Positions 37,466 to 51,746 of a stretch of 64,000 bases of DNA are shown here, in pieces. The notes under the pieces were generated by a model, which saw only the letters and a list, made by a program, of their open reading frames with translations, made no database searches and was not told the DNA's origin. Numbering within the stretch: the first letter of the stretch is position 1; each line of letters begins with the position of its first letter. This stretch comes from Trichoplax adhaerens. Lineage: Eukaryota > Animalia > Placozoa. The DNA is taken from NCBI RefSeq assembly GCF_000150275.1, contig NW_002060978.1:186001-250000 (forward strand), written 5' to 3'. Position numbers and translations under genes: made by a program.

Positions 37466-40400
37466 CTTGTCGATCGTTGACCTAACAAATAATGCTACGA
37501 AAGATAGGCTATCGTTACCTATATCACAGCTTCTCAACGCCCAACAATAGACTGATTAGCTGTAAATCATACATTAAAAATGCGCATTAAATCAAAACTT
37601 ATTTCTCCTCTATGCCAATAAGTCTATTCTTTTACTGACTTTATCATTTTTATTTAAATTACTTCTTCTCTTTGAAAGAGAGTCTGAAAAGTTTTCTCCA
37701 CGCCCCTTCTCCAATGTTGCCTCAAGGTACTTCATGTTTTCTCCCCTCCATCAATTAAAAAGCATAATATGATATGGTAGCATTGATTGCTGTCTAATGC
37801 ACAATTTATTATCCAATATTTAGTATTTAAATGTTGCTAATCTATCTAGTACAACATTTTGGTAGAATGTTTTCTCGTAAACGATAATGTGCAACATTAT
37901 ACTCTCTTTAAAACATGATTTGATATAATTAAATGCATATTTTACATATAATTAAATGCATATTTTAGATATACATAAACCGCACTCAAATGCAGCACTG
38001 GTGTAGATCGTTATATCTCCCATTGGCTTATCACCGACCTATACTTCAGGATACTTAGCTGCTGAATAAGTATTTTCCGTATAGTTTTACCGCAATACTT
38101 ATGCTATGAAATCATACTAGCTACAATCAACATTTACCTTATTAAAATATACATTTCTACACAACATACTATCACTGTATTCTCGTACACATAACTACCG
38201 TAATTCACTAAATTTTATTACAATTCATGACCGTTTTCGTGGATAATGGGAACAGTATTCGATCAAAAAGGAATCAATCCAATGCATAATTATAATTATG
38301 ACACACTTCAATCGCAAAATACTTTAGCATGCTGTACCTCGAACACAGTTTCGCATTTTTGAGATTAAGCTGTGTAAAAGCAATTATTGACATGTCCAGC
38401 ATTATAGCTAGATCAAAATGAGTGAGTATCATTGGTGGCTTTGCAAATAACTCAATTTTCTGAAACTCATATTCCTTGTCTTTAATGTAGTCATCAGAAG
38501 ATTTCTATTGATAAATTTCTGCAATGAGATTTGATGCAATAAAAATAGAATGCAAGCTAAACCGACTAGAAATGTAGTATACGGTATACGAATATTTTTC
38601 TTGAAGTGTGTTAGCAAATCTTCTCTTTGCATACGTAAGCTAATGTTATGAATTGCATATTTGCTATAAAAATAATTAAAACGATGTTGATAGGGTTAAG
38701 CCTTTTTACAATTTTGTAATATTTGTTATATATTGAAGCTGATAAATTGCTATATCACCCAGATATCAGCTATCACTGTCACTGTTTATTGTAGTATGAA
38801 GTTAATTAATCACCAGGGACTTCTCGAAATTTCAGGGAAAATAAATGAGAAATTCCTATAATTAATAAATTTGATATAACTGTATGAGTTATATCAGGAT
38901 TTGTTAGACTACTGAAGCCGTACTTGATCTATGGATATGGAGAGAGATCTGTATGTTAGTAAATCAATGATGACAAGAATCAGGAATTAAATAGAATTAG
39001 AGTTCGTCATTTTCGATTCGATGTTACGATCAAATGATACGGGATATATCCCGCTGGAATTGGTTATGAGAAAAGAAATCAGTAAAGGAGCTAAATCATA
39101 CAGCATACTGTATAATTGGGCCTTCAGTCGGAGTAGCTCCTGCTATTAGCCAATACAATAACATCACTCCATCTAGGTATTTACTGAACTGTGTTTACAT
39201 TTACAAAAACCCTATATTAAATTTGCAACAAAGACATTTCTAAATTCCCTGACAGCAAGTAGAAAGATACTAATCATATTCGCGAGATCTGTATATGCGC
39301 GTAATTATACAATAAAGGAAATGTGACAGAAAGAGCAATCAATATGATACAACTGTTAAATAGCTAAATTTCGATATCTGTGATCAGAAGAGGAAAAGTG
39401 GTAACATTAGACAGTTTTGGACCAGTATAAACAAACGTAGCCGTAATGATGCAAATAGCAATAGTTGATATCGAGGTTAATTTAGGTAAGATTAAAATGC
39501 GACTGTATATATACTCACACAGTTTTGATCCACATATGTGCACGTCTTAAAATCTTAAAACTATATAAAGGGCTAGATATCTTACTTATAAAAAAGTCTC
39601 CGTTAAGTTCGTGTAAAGAACACTATGCAACTCCACTACCTGGTTCAATAAAAGCCTAGACCTTAAACGCTCTTATTTATCTGTTACTGGCAGTGGATAT
39701 TAGAACAAGTTAATTTCCCCCACTGTAGGCCAGTGAGAGTGAAACTAAGATCAACTAGGAGTAGAGAGTACAATTTTGGTCTACTCACAAAGGCTGACTA
39801 GTGACAAAACATATACGTATATATATATAATATCACATTGAATGGAAGCAGTTTAGATTTTAAAATCTTTAGTATGAAAGATGATTGATGTGGACAACAT
39901 GACCGCGTCCAGGCAAATTCAACGTGCTGGTTTCTGAAGATTAGTGATTACTTTGAATCATCAGGTAATACTAATTCATCTATCTACCTATTTGCTATTT
40001 TACTGCTTAAATTACCTCCTACGATGATTTTAAAGAAAAAGAGGAATTGGCTATCCACTGATGTAAATTTTTTCGCATAAATTAAGCGATCTGCTTAATT
40101 TAAACTATGAAGTTATCTTCTTCCCTAGCGGGGTTAATGACAATCTGCCTCAAAATTATATACTATTATCTTCTTTTCGTTATAAGTAGGATGAAATTCA
40201 TATCTAAATTACGTTCGTCCTACTGTCTTTCTTCTCATGCTAAACGTTAGAGTTAGATTGAATATCTACATTCGTACTAGATCTGTTCCCTTCCTCCTTA
40301 TATACAATGCATGTTTCAGCTATTCCTAAGTGATAGTATAATGTACTCATCGGGTTTTAAAGGAAATATTGCATATCAAATTTAGTAAGCGAAAACGAGC

Positions 40401-40702
40401 TTTAAAGTAATTTTTATGCATCGATATGATATTCACAAGACCATCGTGAAGCACTGTACTAGGTATTGTTGAATTTTGTATTTTTACTTTTATTAAAACT
40501 AAAAAAGTTACTGTTTCCACCTTCTAAGTCATTTTACGCAGTAAATTCGAGACCCGAAGCAAATGATTCAAATTCTTTTCATAGTTTAAACTTTAATTTA
40601 CTGGAAAAAATGAAAATTTGCATCATTAATACTTCAAGACACTTACATAGTCTAATTAAATGTCATTTTTCATCAGTGACATTCATTTTTACATAGTTAC
40701 TC

Positions 40703-41855
40703 TCAAAACTGATAAGTTTTCTTTGCAAAGATCGCTTCTTTCCCTTTGTGTTTTTCAATTACACTTTTAAGTTGTACTTCGTTTGCTCCAACAACTTCGT
40801 CAACCTGTACAGATAAAATTTTAATACTGACAAGTAAGATTGATGACATGAAAGGTTATATTGATGCAATCTTTTTATGTGAAATAGTTAAGGCTTTATG
40901 TCAAAGTACTCGTTATGAAATACCTTTTCTCCACTTTTGTAAAACTGAAATGTTGGCATGGCACTGATATTGCAATCTTCGGATATATCCTAATTACGGA
41001 AAATAGATTATTAACGCTGATTATACTACTATAATTAAGTCAGTCCAATAGAAATTAGATCCAGTGGCGTAGACAAAACAGATTAAATTAAGAATTACTA
41101 TTACGTCGATTGCCTTGAGAAGTTTAGCAATTTCGCCCGTAATATAATAGCATATTTCGACAAGAAAATGATTAATTAACACTGAATGATAAGTAAAGAT
41201 TATAGGCTATCGCTCTGTTACCCTACGATAAATCTATTTAATGTCTAAAAATTCTATTATTACAGATGTAACTATCGATGCTTACACTATTTTGATCAAC
41301 ATTAACCTTCAAGAATATAACATTGCTATATATCGGGACGTTGCTCAGATTCTAAATATAGGTAAATTTAGTAGAAGATGAACAGATTGACACAAATCAA
41401 ATCTGTGCAGTGCAACTTTAAAAATAAATTACTCATTGTTCGTAATATGAAATCACACCAATCTTCACCTCAAATTTTGGCCCTATCATACGGCATGGAC
41501 CACACCAAACTGTATAAAAATCGATCACTACTAATTTATTTTTAGATAATTGAATGTAACCGACCAATTCCTCCTAATGAATTATTAAAAAGATATAATT
41601 AAGAACAACAAATTAGTTTTAAGGCGAAAACGATCCTTCTCGTAGCTATTTTAGATAGCATAAAGTGAAATCTGTTCCTTCTATCAATACGAGTAACAAG
41701 TAGCTATATTATAGGTTATAGCCCTAGAACGATTAAATTAATACCTTGTTACGTTTATTTGTCACTAATATAATCGAAAACGACAAACTAAAAATATCAA
41801 GCAATGAATAAAACAAATGTAATCTTACCTTTGTTTCTATTGATTTTACGCCCAT
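40703..41855 (-). CDS. TXN: Thioredoxin, copy 2 (5 exons, 121 aa)
   Basis: Exons 41855-41829, 41573-41469, 41351-41286, 40989-40924, 40804-40703. Protein: [121 protein letters not shown]. Confidence 0.94.
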
Positions 41856-43025
41856 TTTCACGATCGTTAACTTACCAACTAATGCAGCATGAACTTTTCT
41901 TTAATCCTAGCCGTCAATATCTATAATTCAGATTGTGACATACGCTATAGTGGATAAAAATTTAAATCTGGCCTCAATTACCCGTATAGCTACGATTTTA
42001 AAAAACTCGTACAAGATTGTTTTGTTTTTCCTTAAACAGGGATTTATTCTTCTATTTTAGTTTTTTTTTATATTTCAATTACTTCCAATAAAACTAAACC
42101 TTAAAAGCGACCCCCTACCGACGATACTATTGTCGGCAGATAACGTGTCTTTCGTTCACTAAAGACTATATCGTGTATCTGAGTAAAGCCCCCTTCTTAA
42201 CGTTCATTTTTGATGACATTGCTATGAAAACCTTATACTAGTTTATCAATCTTCTCCTTAATGATATAACTTTAATGGCATATCTGTAACTTAATAATCA
42301 AGAATTTCGTCCTTCTGTTAAAATCTTGACTTTTTAATTAATGGATAGAATTATTTAAGAAATCCGCAGTTTATATTATTAGAGAAATATTATGATGTCA
42401 ATCGGTGGATGCATTAGCCTTAAAGATACTCTACTACATCATAGATGCATTAATGATTGCCATTAGCCATCGATTTATCGTTTGCTCTACATCAGTCTAT
42501 TAAATCACTAATTTTACCAACTATCGGATACTATGTTTAACTGTGTCACAGTTATAAGCTAGGAAAGGATAATAATCATTCCTTAGCTAGTCTTTCTATT
42601 AACTAAGTACTGTCTGTACACTAATGGCCAACAATACTTCTGAGATTTAATACATTAAAATCCGAATTGTGGAAAAACTACCATATCTCTTAAATTCTCA
42701 ACAACATGCAGGCTCATTTAAAAGCTATTTGCGGGCTCTTCCAAATAAATAGGTTTTCTAGTCACCAAGTATGCCATTTCATCTTATCAGCTTTTATCGA
42801 TGAATTTATTTATCAAGCAAAGTTGACTGTTTCGCGTCTTACGAGGCTTTCTTTCCTTCATATTGCCTCAGAATCTCAAACATGTACCTACTGAATTACT
42901 CGTAAGGACTACAATCTATTAATAAGGTGCGTTTCTAANATTGATTTTGATTAATAAATGGAGCAACTAATACAATTTGTCATCCATAAAATATGCCAAT
43001 AGTACCCACGTTAATAATCAGTACG

Positions 43026-43075
43026 NNNNNNNNNNNNNNNNNNNNNNNNNNNNNNNNNNNNNNNNNNNNNNNNNN
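43026..43075. other. Assembly gap (50 N)
   Basis: Run of 50 N inside the thioredoxin array. The true gap length is unknown. Confidence 0.99.
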
Positions 43076-44416
43076 CTTCTATTTGGATATACTGTATTTT
43101 AATATAGCACTGACTTTTTATGACAGTGACACTTATACACATACTGAAATTATAATAGTTATAATAGGGAATGCAAATCATCTGCTTACAGTTCGAATCA
43201 TTGTGATTGTAATTTACTTATGGTAGACTGTAAATTATCATGGAAATGTTCCGTGATAGGACATATCGTAATCTGACTATTCTGTATTAGTCATTACATG
43301 TCTATGTTCGTAAATACTGTTGTCTGCATTAAGGGAGCAGTAGCTAAAATTAATATCTAATTCAGTAAATGATTCTAATGTTAATTGTATTAACTATGAC
43401 TCATGAACTATTGAGGAATAGTATATAAATGCAGTATATCGTGAAATAAAGAAGAATTGTCCAACTTAGTGTTTAACGTAAAATACGAGGCGTTTAAGTC
43501 TTTGTGTAGTCTGCTAGTAGAGCAAAAGTGTTTGTGATAGTGCAGATATCGTTCCTTGATACGTGGTTCAAGGAATTGACTTATTGATCGTATATTGCGT
43601 TATCTTGTTGCAAAGCTGTTTTGTGACAAGAACTTACGAATATAATGATTAAAAGAGTGTCATTTTCCTAGAACATTGGATTTAATTATAATTATTGTAC
43701 AGACCGTTTGTAGCTACAGCACTAAGCAGCACATTGTTCTCTCCTTTTCTGATTTAATAGTAACAGTAATAAACGGTAAATTGCTACCTTTAGTAGGTTG
43801 CCACTATTTCATTTAAAATTCATAACCTATTGGCTCAAGCAAGGAATACACTCTTCTTAACATAGTCTCTGAAGTAGCAATTTTTAAACTAAAGTTTCTC
43901 GCGGTATATTATTTTTGGGACCTGATTTTTATACAAGTAACTGTTATGATTATATTCTGTGCTAGTAATGTGGATCTAGCCTAATAGCTTTCTGCTATTA
44001 CCAAGAGTAAGAGCGCGTACATTACTATGGAATTAAAAGTTTAAAAATGATATTAAGAAATCATGCAATAATGCTTTAATATATGTTGCATAAGGGTTCA
44101 ACAACGGCCTATCAGCTAAATTCTCAAGAAATCTTTCAAGTAACAAGTTTGCAAGCCAAGAAAAATTTATAAATAGTTTTATATTGTTTATTGCTATCTA
44201 AAGGCTATCGTCTATCGATTATATCAGCACATATTTACGTAGTACATTTTGTATCCCAAGTAATCAACCGCTGGAAGATTCCTTTCATGAGCTGATCTTC
44301 GAATTACTGCAATAAAAGATGAAAATTTGTATCGTTAAATACTTTAAGACACTAAAATAACTCTAACTAGTGCTTTTTGCTACCATTTCAAATCAATATC
44401 ATCTCATGTTTACGTA

Positions 44417-45981
44417 TTAAAGTAACAGATAAGTTAATTTTATCTTATTTATATTTTTCACCTTATTGCTTTCAATCTTTTTTTTAAGCTTCTCTTCGCT
44501 AGCTCCTGTCAATTCGTCAATCTGTATGAGGAAATTTAAATGTAATAAATATCAGAATTACTGAGATGTTATTCTATCGGGTTAAAGCTATTACTGGTGA
44601 TGTACCGATACTTGATTATACGGATAGCTATATTTGATATACTTTGGTTACTTTGAATAGACATTATCGTGACGCTAATATTAGATGATTGCTGACTACT
44701 ATATTAGATATTGTTGATGACTAATAGTAGCCAGTTGACTAATTATGGTACCAGATTTATGTATCTAGAACACCGTAGTTGTTAAGATGCCCTTCGGAGA
44801 AAGGGCCTGGACGTAAATTGCAAAGTAGTGACATCTTAAGTAGAATAATTTAGATTGTAGAAAATAATGATGTACTATTACTGAAAAGTAATTTGTTTGA
44901 TGACTCATGTCTGATCGAAGATTAATCAAGTCGTCATAAGTGGATTTAACGAAATTTTTATAAGAACTGCAGAGATGAGCTCAAGGAGAGAAAAAACTTC
45001 ACTTCGGTTTGAGCTTGGAATAATTTAGATTTTAGACTGGGTTCTTGTAGTAATTAATTATTGCTCTACTATTCCTAAAACTTGCAATAAGAGCCATTTA
45101 GAAAATATCATTTAACAAAGAAAATTATCGTGAGACGCATTTATTACACTATGATGTACTCATTCTGCAAGAAAGTCTTTACTATGAGAGAGTAATTTTA
45201 TAAAACCTTTTTTCCATTTTTGTAAAATTGAAAAGTTGGCATTGCACTGATTGCACAATCTTCGGAAACTTCCTATTTTAAGATATGATAATAGCTCAGC
45301 ACTACTGATTAAGTAGAATGATTGGACAAAATAACGTGACCAAAACAGACTAAAATAACCATTTCCTCGATATTGAGGGCTTGAGAAAATTTCACATTTG
45401 TACTGTAACTATTAAAACTTACGGAGTTTTGATCCACGTCAACCTTCATAAATTTAACATCACTAAATTGCTGACTCATTTCCTAGATAGGGTAAATTGG
45501 GCAAAAGACCAGAAATTGTCATAAATCAAAGGCTTGTACTATTAATGCTAAGTCATTATACAGAAAATGAAATTATTACTAATATTTACCTCAAACTTTG
45601 GACTTATCATACGACATGGACCACACCAAGTGGCATAAAAGTCAATCACCACTAAAGTACTTCCAAATTTTGTAATTGCTTCATCAAATTCATCCTAGTA
45701 AGCCATTAAAATGATATGATTAGGACAATAAATTAACTTTAAGACAGCAACGATAGTTGTATGTAAGGAAATTTTTACAAGTAGCGAAAAAATCAATCTT
45801 TTTTCTGGATATGAATAATTTCTAAATGAATTTGTGGATTATAGCTAAGATACAATTAAAATATAGCAGTATATATATATATTTATTCCTCACTAATACA
45901 ATTTTAAACGACAATTCAAAATACTAAAAAGAAAAGCCAAAAATGTAACTTTACCTTAGTCAGCAAAGGTTGTACGCCCAT
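44417..45981 (-). CDS. TXN: Thioredoxin, copy 3 (5 exons, ~120 aa)
   Basis: Exons 45981-45955, 45694-45590, 45482-45423, 45272-45207, 44521-44417. Protein: [120 protein letters not shown]. The C-terminal tail is uncertain because of a possible donor AAG|gtgaaa near 44461. Confidence 0.93.
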
Positions 45982-48837
45982 CTTGTCGATCGTTGAATAA
46001 TTTGCTAATGCTGTACTAGTAATACAAAGTAAATTTACTCTTACTTAATGCTAGATTTTATAATACAGTATGAATTATATCTATTGATTAGCTACCGCTA
46101 AACCTACTTAGCAGTCGGTAGTATTTTAGAAACTTATATGAAACAATCTTATTATTAGTTATGAATAAAACGTTGATCCTTTTATTGGTTTGTTTTTATT
46201 TTTTATTTAAATTACTTCTTCATATGAAACCAGAATATGAAAGACCTCCACTCTCGTACTGATGACATTGTATAAAGTTGCATTGTGTTTTATTTCCTCT
46301 AGAGACGGTATCGAAAGGTCATGAAAAGGCCTCTTTTCGGCATTCTCTTTTGACAACAGTAATATGACGGCCTAAGGCTACTTTATCGCTTTCCTACCGT
46401 CTGGTATGATCTCAAAAGTACAAATGGGACATGGGACTTGTCGAAATAGTAATTTCTTCTTCAATAATAATCGAGAGCATTACATGCAAATAAAATTTGA
46501 AAAATCCATGGTTTACATTGTTAGAGAAATTGATGGAGTAGCTTGGACAGTAAGATCCGCAAAAAGATGCTCTTACTTTATTGAATTGTAGATGACTACT
46601 GCCGTGTTCTAATGAACTATACGGTGTTTAATAAATTTTAAATCACCTATCTTCTCATTTTTACTGATGCTTAAAATTATTCTATTACGATTATACACAA
46701 AGCTATCATTTTAATTGTATTATAGTTTTGAAATTAATCATCAATTTGTCAGAATTGGTCAAGATAATCATATTTGATAGTGAATTAAAATGATAATGTA
46801 TAAGGCTATGCAACGCAATATACGATATTACCATTTTAGTTAACTACGGTACTAAATATTCTGGAAGTAGCTACTGTAGGGACGATGCCACCAATATGGA
46901 TATATCTAAATGTCTATTAATTATAATTGTTTATCGTCAGTACGTCACAACGGTTGACTAGTGCGCCGTATTAGAGATACTGCTAACATATAAAAAGGAA
47001 GGATAGAATTATCTGCTAAATTGTTTGCCTAGAACTACTATAGCTGATCAATTTTACTATCGATCGGTGAATGTTCTCTAAATACAGTAGTAAGTAGTTT
47101 AGTATCATAAATCATGTTTACAGTGGCCTTACCTTGCCTTAATATAATCTACTGGGTTTTAGTAAGAGTCTCAACGGAGCCTCTGGAATGTTGTGATATG
47201 AAAGATAAATAATTGCTTCCTAGACAGAATATTGTAGCATGAAATATAAGTAATTGATTTCGCGATCATGGCCGCAGTCAGCTTGATTGAATGTTATTTA
47301 TTAATATAGATCTACATTAGAGTTAGTGTGTTGATGCAGCAATTTAAAGATTATAGTTGGATTAATTTTCAGAGCTTGACAGATAATGTGTTCGCTATAT
47401 GCTTGTGTGTTCAAGCAAGGTACCTCGTCGATTTTTCCAAAGTTATCGAAAAAAAGTGAAAGAAGCACAATTCTTCCGTTAGTAAATTATTTATTCTAAT
47501 TAGAGCTTAAAGGACTACAATAGTCTCGTCAAACCGTATATAGGATTTACTGTTCAATATGCGGGAAACTATATTTTGCACTAGCTTTGCGTAAACTTGC
47601 GATTAAAGAGATTAATTATTCTCGAATGCCTTTTGATTTTCGCTTAAAAGTAAAATTAATCAAGGGCTATGCATTTGCAGTAATCCTAAATAGAAATGAG
47701 GAGATTTTAATAAAATTTAGGCGATGTGCGTAAAGAACTACTATATCAAAGAATTAGCGAAGAAAGCGTTAGTTCACAACAGATACTGTACTGTTATGAC
47801 ATTGACTAAACATATCTACTGCAGAATAGAACTGAACCAGTCTTTTAACTGAAGAAAGTTTTGTTCGAATGTTCTGAACGGTAATTAGTGACTGTATTCT
47901 TTTCTTAATCAAATATATAGACTATATTCCTGCCGACGACCGAAGCCAACACAAGGGGAATATTGATCATGATTCAATAAAAGAGATTCGCTTTCAAGTT
48001 GGGTAGACTAGAACAGTTACTTTAATGATGCGGTAGGACGGATATTAAAGAAACATTTCACATACGAATCTACAAATTTTATTTATGCGAGCATAAAGTA
48101 TTAAGAGTAGACAATACAATAATTAATTGCAAACAAGAATTTAATGTTAATGGATGGTATTTATAGCAATATCCTTAATAGAGCAAACAATTTTAGATAT
48201 GCCATGATTACTACCACTCATGAAGTGTAAGATCAATTACTTTGCAGAGCCTTGAGGCTCTAGTTGCTATACTAGGATATGTATACTGTACAGTGTAAGC
48301 CGCTATTTCAAGAATATTCACAAGTGTACCATCGGCGAGACTATAAAAAGCGGAGCACTAGCTTAGCTTCTCAGTTCCAGTTAGTCATTTGCAGGATCTT
48401 GTGACTATTATTGCTAAGAATATTCTTACGTTTTTCTTTAGTACATTTTACGACTAAGGTTAACGAAAATAAAGTAAAGTATTTAAACCTATTACTCAAT
48501 AGTAGTTTTTGTGTAGCTGAGAGTTAGTTCAACTACGATAGGTCCCTAAGTTAGTTGGGAACACAAGTACTAGTGAAGATAGTGTTTAAGACCCGGTTTC
48601 TTGTTACAAAGAAGAAGATTTGCAACAACTATTTTAGTCTAGGTAAATGAATCTGAGAATGATTCCTCTATCAGTCTACACCTTAATTTACTGACAGTAA
48701 AATTAATGAAATTTTATACTGTTGAATACTTGTAGACATATACCTCACTGACCGAAGATAATTACTGTAATTCCGTATTAAATCATGTCATGCTATGCTA
48801 CTCATATACACGGATAACGTAACTAGGCCCAATCTCT

Positions 48838-50026
48838 TTACTTCCAGTAGTTAAGTTTAGCAATAAGTTTTTCTTCACTAGCTCCAATCAGTCGATCAAT
48901 CTACCACGGTAAAATTTTAATGCAGATAAACATTATAAATGATTATGTGCTATCATGTCACGAGTATAAAAAATACGTATTATACAATTTTTACTGTGAA
49001 ATGTTATTGTAATGAGTGATAAATTCTGTAATACCTTCACGCCATATTTTAAAAATTGGAATACTGGCAAAGCTCCGATATTGTAAGCTTCAGCAGTAGC
49101 CTATTTTAAAGAAATATAGATCAGCATCATCGGTCAAGTGAAGAGTTAAAAGGTAATTGGATGGGACATTGTAGTTTAAATAGAAGATGATTTTTTTGAT
49201 ATTAACTGTATTAACTCAAAATTTTACATAACATTTTGACCTTAATGCAATCGACATTCAGTATAAAAAACTTAGTGCCTCTTAATGACGTAAAAAGAAT
49301 ATGCTTGATCCTTCATCCGCTGTAGGAAAGCTATTCGAAGTCCGGAAATTTTATTATTACGGTACAACAAGCCATACTTATGCTATTCTGGTCAACATTA
49401 ACTTTTAGAAATACAACATTGCTGTCTGTGGATTTTTGACTCAGCGCCTAACATAGACAAATTCGACAATAGATAAAGAAACTATTACAAATCAAGTCTC
49501 TACTAAACAGCATAACTTATGCAATCATTGATTGTCCTTCAAATGAAATTTACACTCATCTTTTACCGTAAACTTTTGGCCTATCAGACGGCATGGACCT
49601 CACCATCGGTGTAAAAGTTGACGACAACTAACTTACTACCAGTTGATGCAATTTTATTATCAAAAGTATGCTAGACGGCAATGAAATAGATACGTTTAAA
49701 GACAGAATAACCAATTTATTTTATTTTATGACGATAGCGATTAAGGTACATCCCACAGAATTTTACTTCAAAAGCTAAATTATCCGTATATATGAGTATA
49801 CGTGCATACATACTGCGTTATCAATCCTTTTCTTGATACCATTATGATATCCTAAGTTATAGCCTATATACTGTACAACTCTAGAAAAACTGTACTATTC
49901 TGTATCTTTTTTCTCCCCTAGTAAATCTTAGACGTCAATCAGAAATATTATAAAGGAAAAATGTAGAAATTAAATAAAAAAACGAAATCTCACCTTGCTA
50001 TCCACAGCTGTAACTGCCCTTTCCAT
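48838..50026 (-). pseudogene. Thioredoxin pseudogene, copy 4
   Basis: Exons 50026-49994, 49670-49567, 49447-49382, 49100-49035, 48900-48838. Exon 2 is 104 nt instead of 105 (frameshift just before the active site). The active site reads TGG TGA GGT CCA TGC (W*GPC), VVDF has become VVNF, and the intron-3 donor is ataagt instead of gtaagt. Confidence 0.88.
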
Positions 50027-51746
50027 CGTGTACATCGTGAAACCACAATATGGAAAGAAAAATATTAATGAAATGAAGAAATACAATTGCGCCATACCAG
50101 CCATAGTTTGACAACTATCTTAATCACTAACGAAACAGTTACGGTAATTTGATAAAGCAATCTCAGATTAGCTCCGAGTTATACTTTCAAAATACACATC
50201 AGGGTCAAAAATTGATTGTTTGATCGGTATTTATTTTCCTTTTAAATTGCCTCTCCTATGGGTTATGACAAATCTTCTTGTACTCCTCCTCATTGCCCTC
50301 CGTCATGGCAAGGTTGAGGTGTTTTTGTCTTCTCATTCTTAATTAATGGTCTGCTAGTTGTCTATGAGAACTCCTTTGACATCGTTACCACAACATCTAC
50401 AAGCTACTTTATCTTATTATTCTTAGAAACTGCATGAAAATAAAGCTAAGACTAGACTCGAGAATTGTTTTCAACAATTGCTCTCTCTTAATTTTATAAT
50501 TGAGGAAATTCTTAGGAACCATTCCTCTTTCTATCAATTCTGTTATATCCGCGTGTACTGGCTGTCTTAAAGTTATCGATAGTTAGAAATCAAATGCTGT
50601 TCGAAATTCTTCTTCAGCCAGTAATTAGAATTAATCGATGTCCAGCAATTATAAAATTAAAAATTCTTAGACTTAAACACTAAATATCGTTCTTCAAGTG
50701 GTTGATTTTCAATCACACTTTAATGCAGAAATTTACCGATTGCAACTTGCAACCATGACTGCAATGGTAAGAAATAGTCTGAGGGGTACCCGGAGTTGAC
50801 CGGTAATGAAGGTACCCATTGGCAGGGTTGATGATGGAAAAACATTTGAAATTATACTTCAAAAGCACTCTTGAAAACCTCACTTGCTTTCTTTGCTAGT
50901 AAAATTAGCTGTCATAGTAATAGGACGACAGCGTTAGTAGTCAGTTATAGGATAGGCCTTCCTTTACTGAATGATTAATGTAAGTACAGGTTTGCGAATA
51001 CAACTGAGTATCAAGGTGGTTACGTTTACTTGTATACCTTTACTTGTGAGGCTTGCCTATCTTATCGAAACAAGACAGTATGATTTTATTTATATGCTAT
51101 CTACAAATCCAATGCCAATTATCCACTTAGTCTAAGATATTACAAATAGGCGAATAATTGAACCGAAGAGTAATACAGTCATGATACTTATATGACAGTC
51201 TTGTTTCTCAAATCTAATCTTTTTACCGGTTAATATCACTCCTAAAATGACATAACTAGATGGTAAGCATAAGATAATTCAAATCTATGATAGGATAGAA
51301 AAGACAGTGCTACCCTTTACAATGTGATGAATTAGAAGAATTTTAGCGTTAGTTTGGGCGCGTTGTTTTAGCCCGGCAAATGGAGTAATTTAGGGAAAAA
51401 TTTAGGTTTAGACTCATTTCGGCAACGCGGTAGAGTTCATGCATGCGATCTGGACATCTACGCGTATATGATATACGTATAAGTAGTGAAGCTTTTCTTT
51501 TTACAGTACGGTCTATCCGATCCGAATGGTCATACTGGATGGGAATCTTCATTGTACGTACGGTTAAGGAGTATCCTGAACGCTTTACTCTATGGACTAT
51601 TGAAATTAAATTATTTAAATGGATATTTTAATAGTCCATGTCTATGCGCCTATGTGAAACGCTATCGTTCATTTTAAGCTAGCTGCTGACCCTTATTCAT
51701 AGTGATCATGAATCTATGCAAGAAGTCATTCAGTGCCTAATTGCGG

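Noticed and set aside
42213-42222. ARE-like ATGACATTGC upstream of thioredoxin copy 2
   Set aside because: A short motif expected by chance, and not conserved at the homologous position in the other copies.
50027-50104. Apparent signal peptide (MAGMAQLYFFISLIFFFPYCGFT) in frame with thioredoxin copy 4
   Set aside because: The Phe-rich run is most likely the translated polypyrimidine tract of a 5'-UTR intron; copy 1 has an acceptor (tttgttag) at the equivalent place. The gene is also disabled.
51349-51677. Overlapping short ORFs and a GKWSNLGKNLGL stretch resembling a death-domain helix
   Set aside because: Too short, with no continuation in any frame or splice form I could build.
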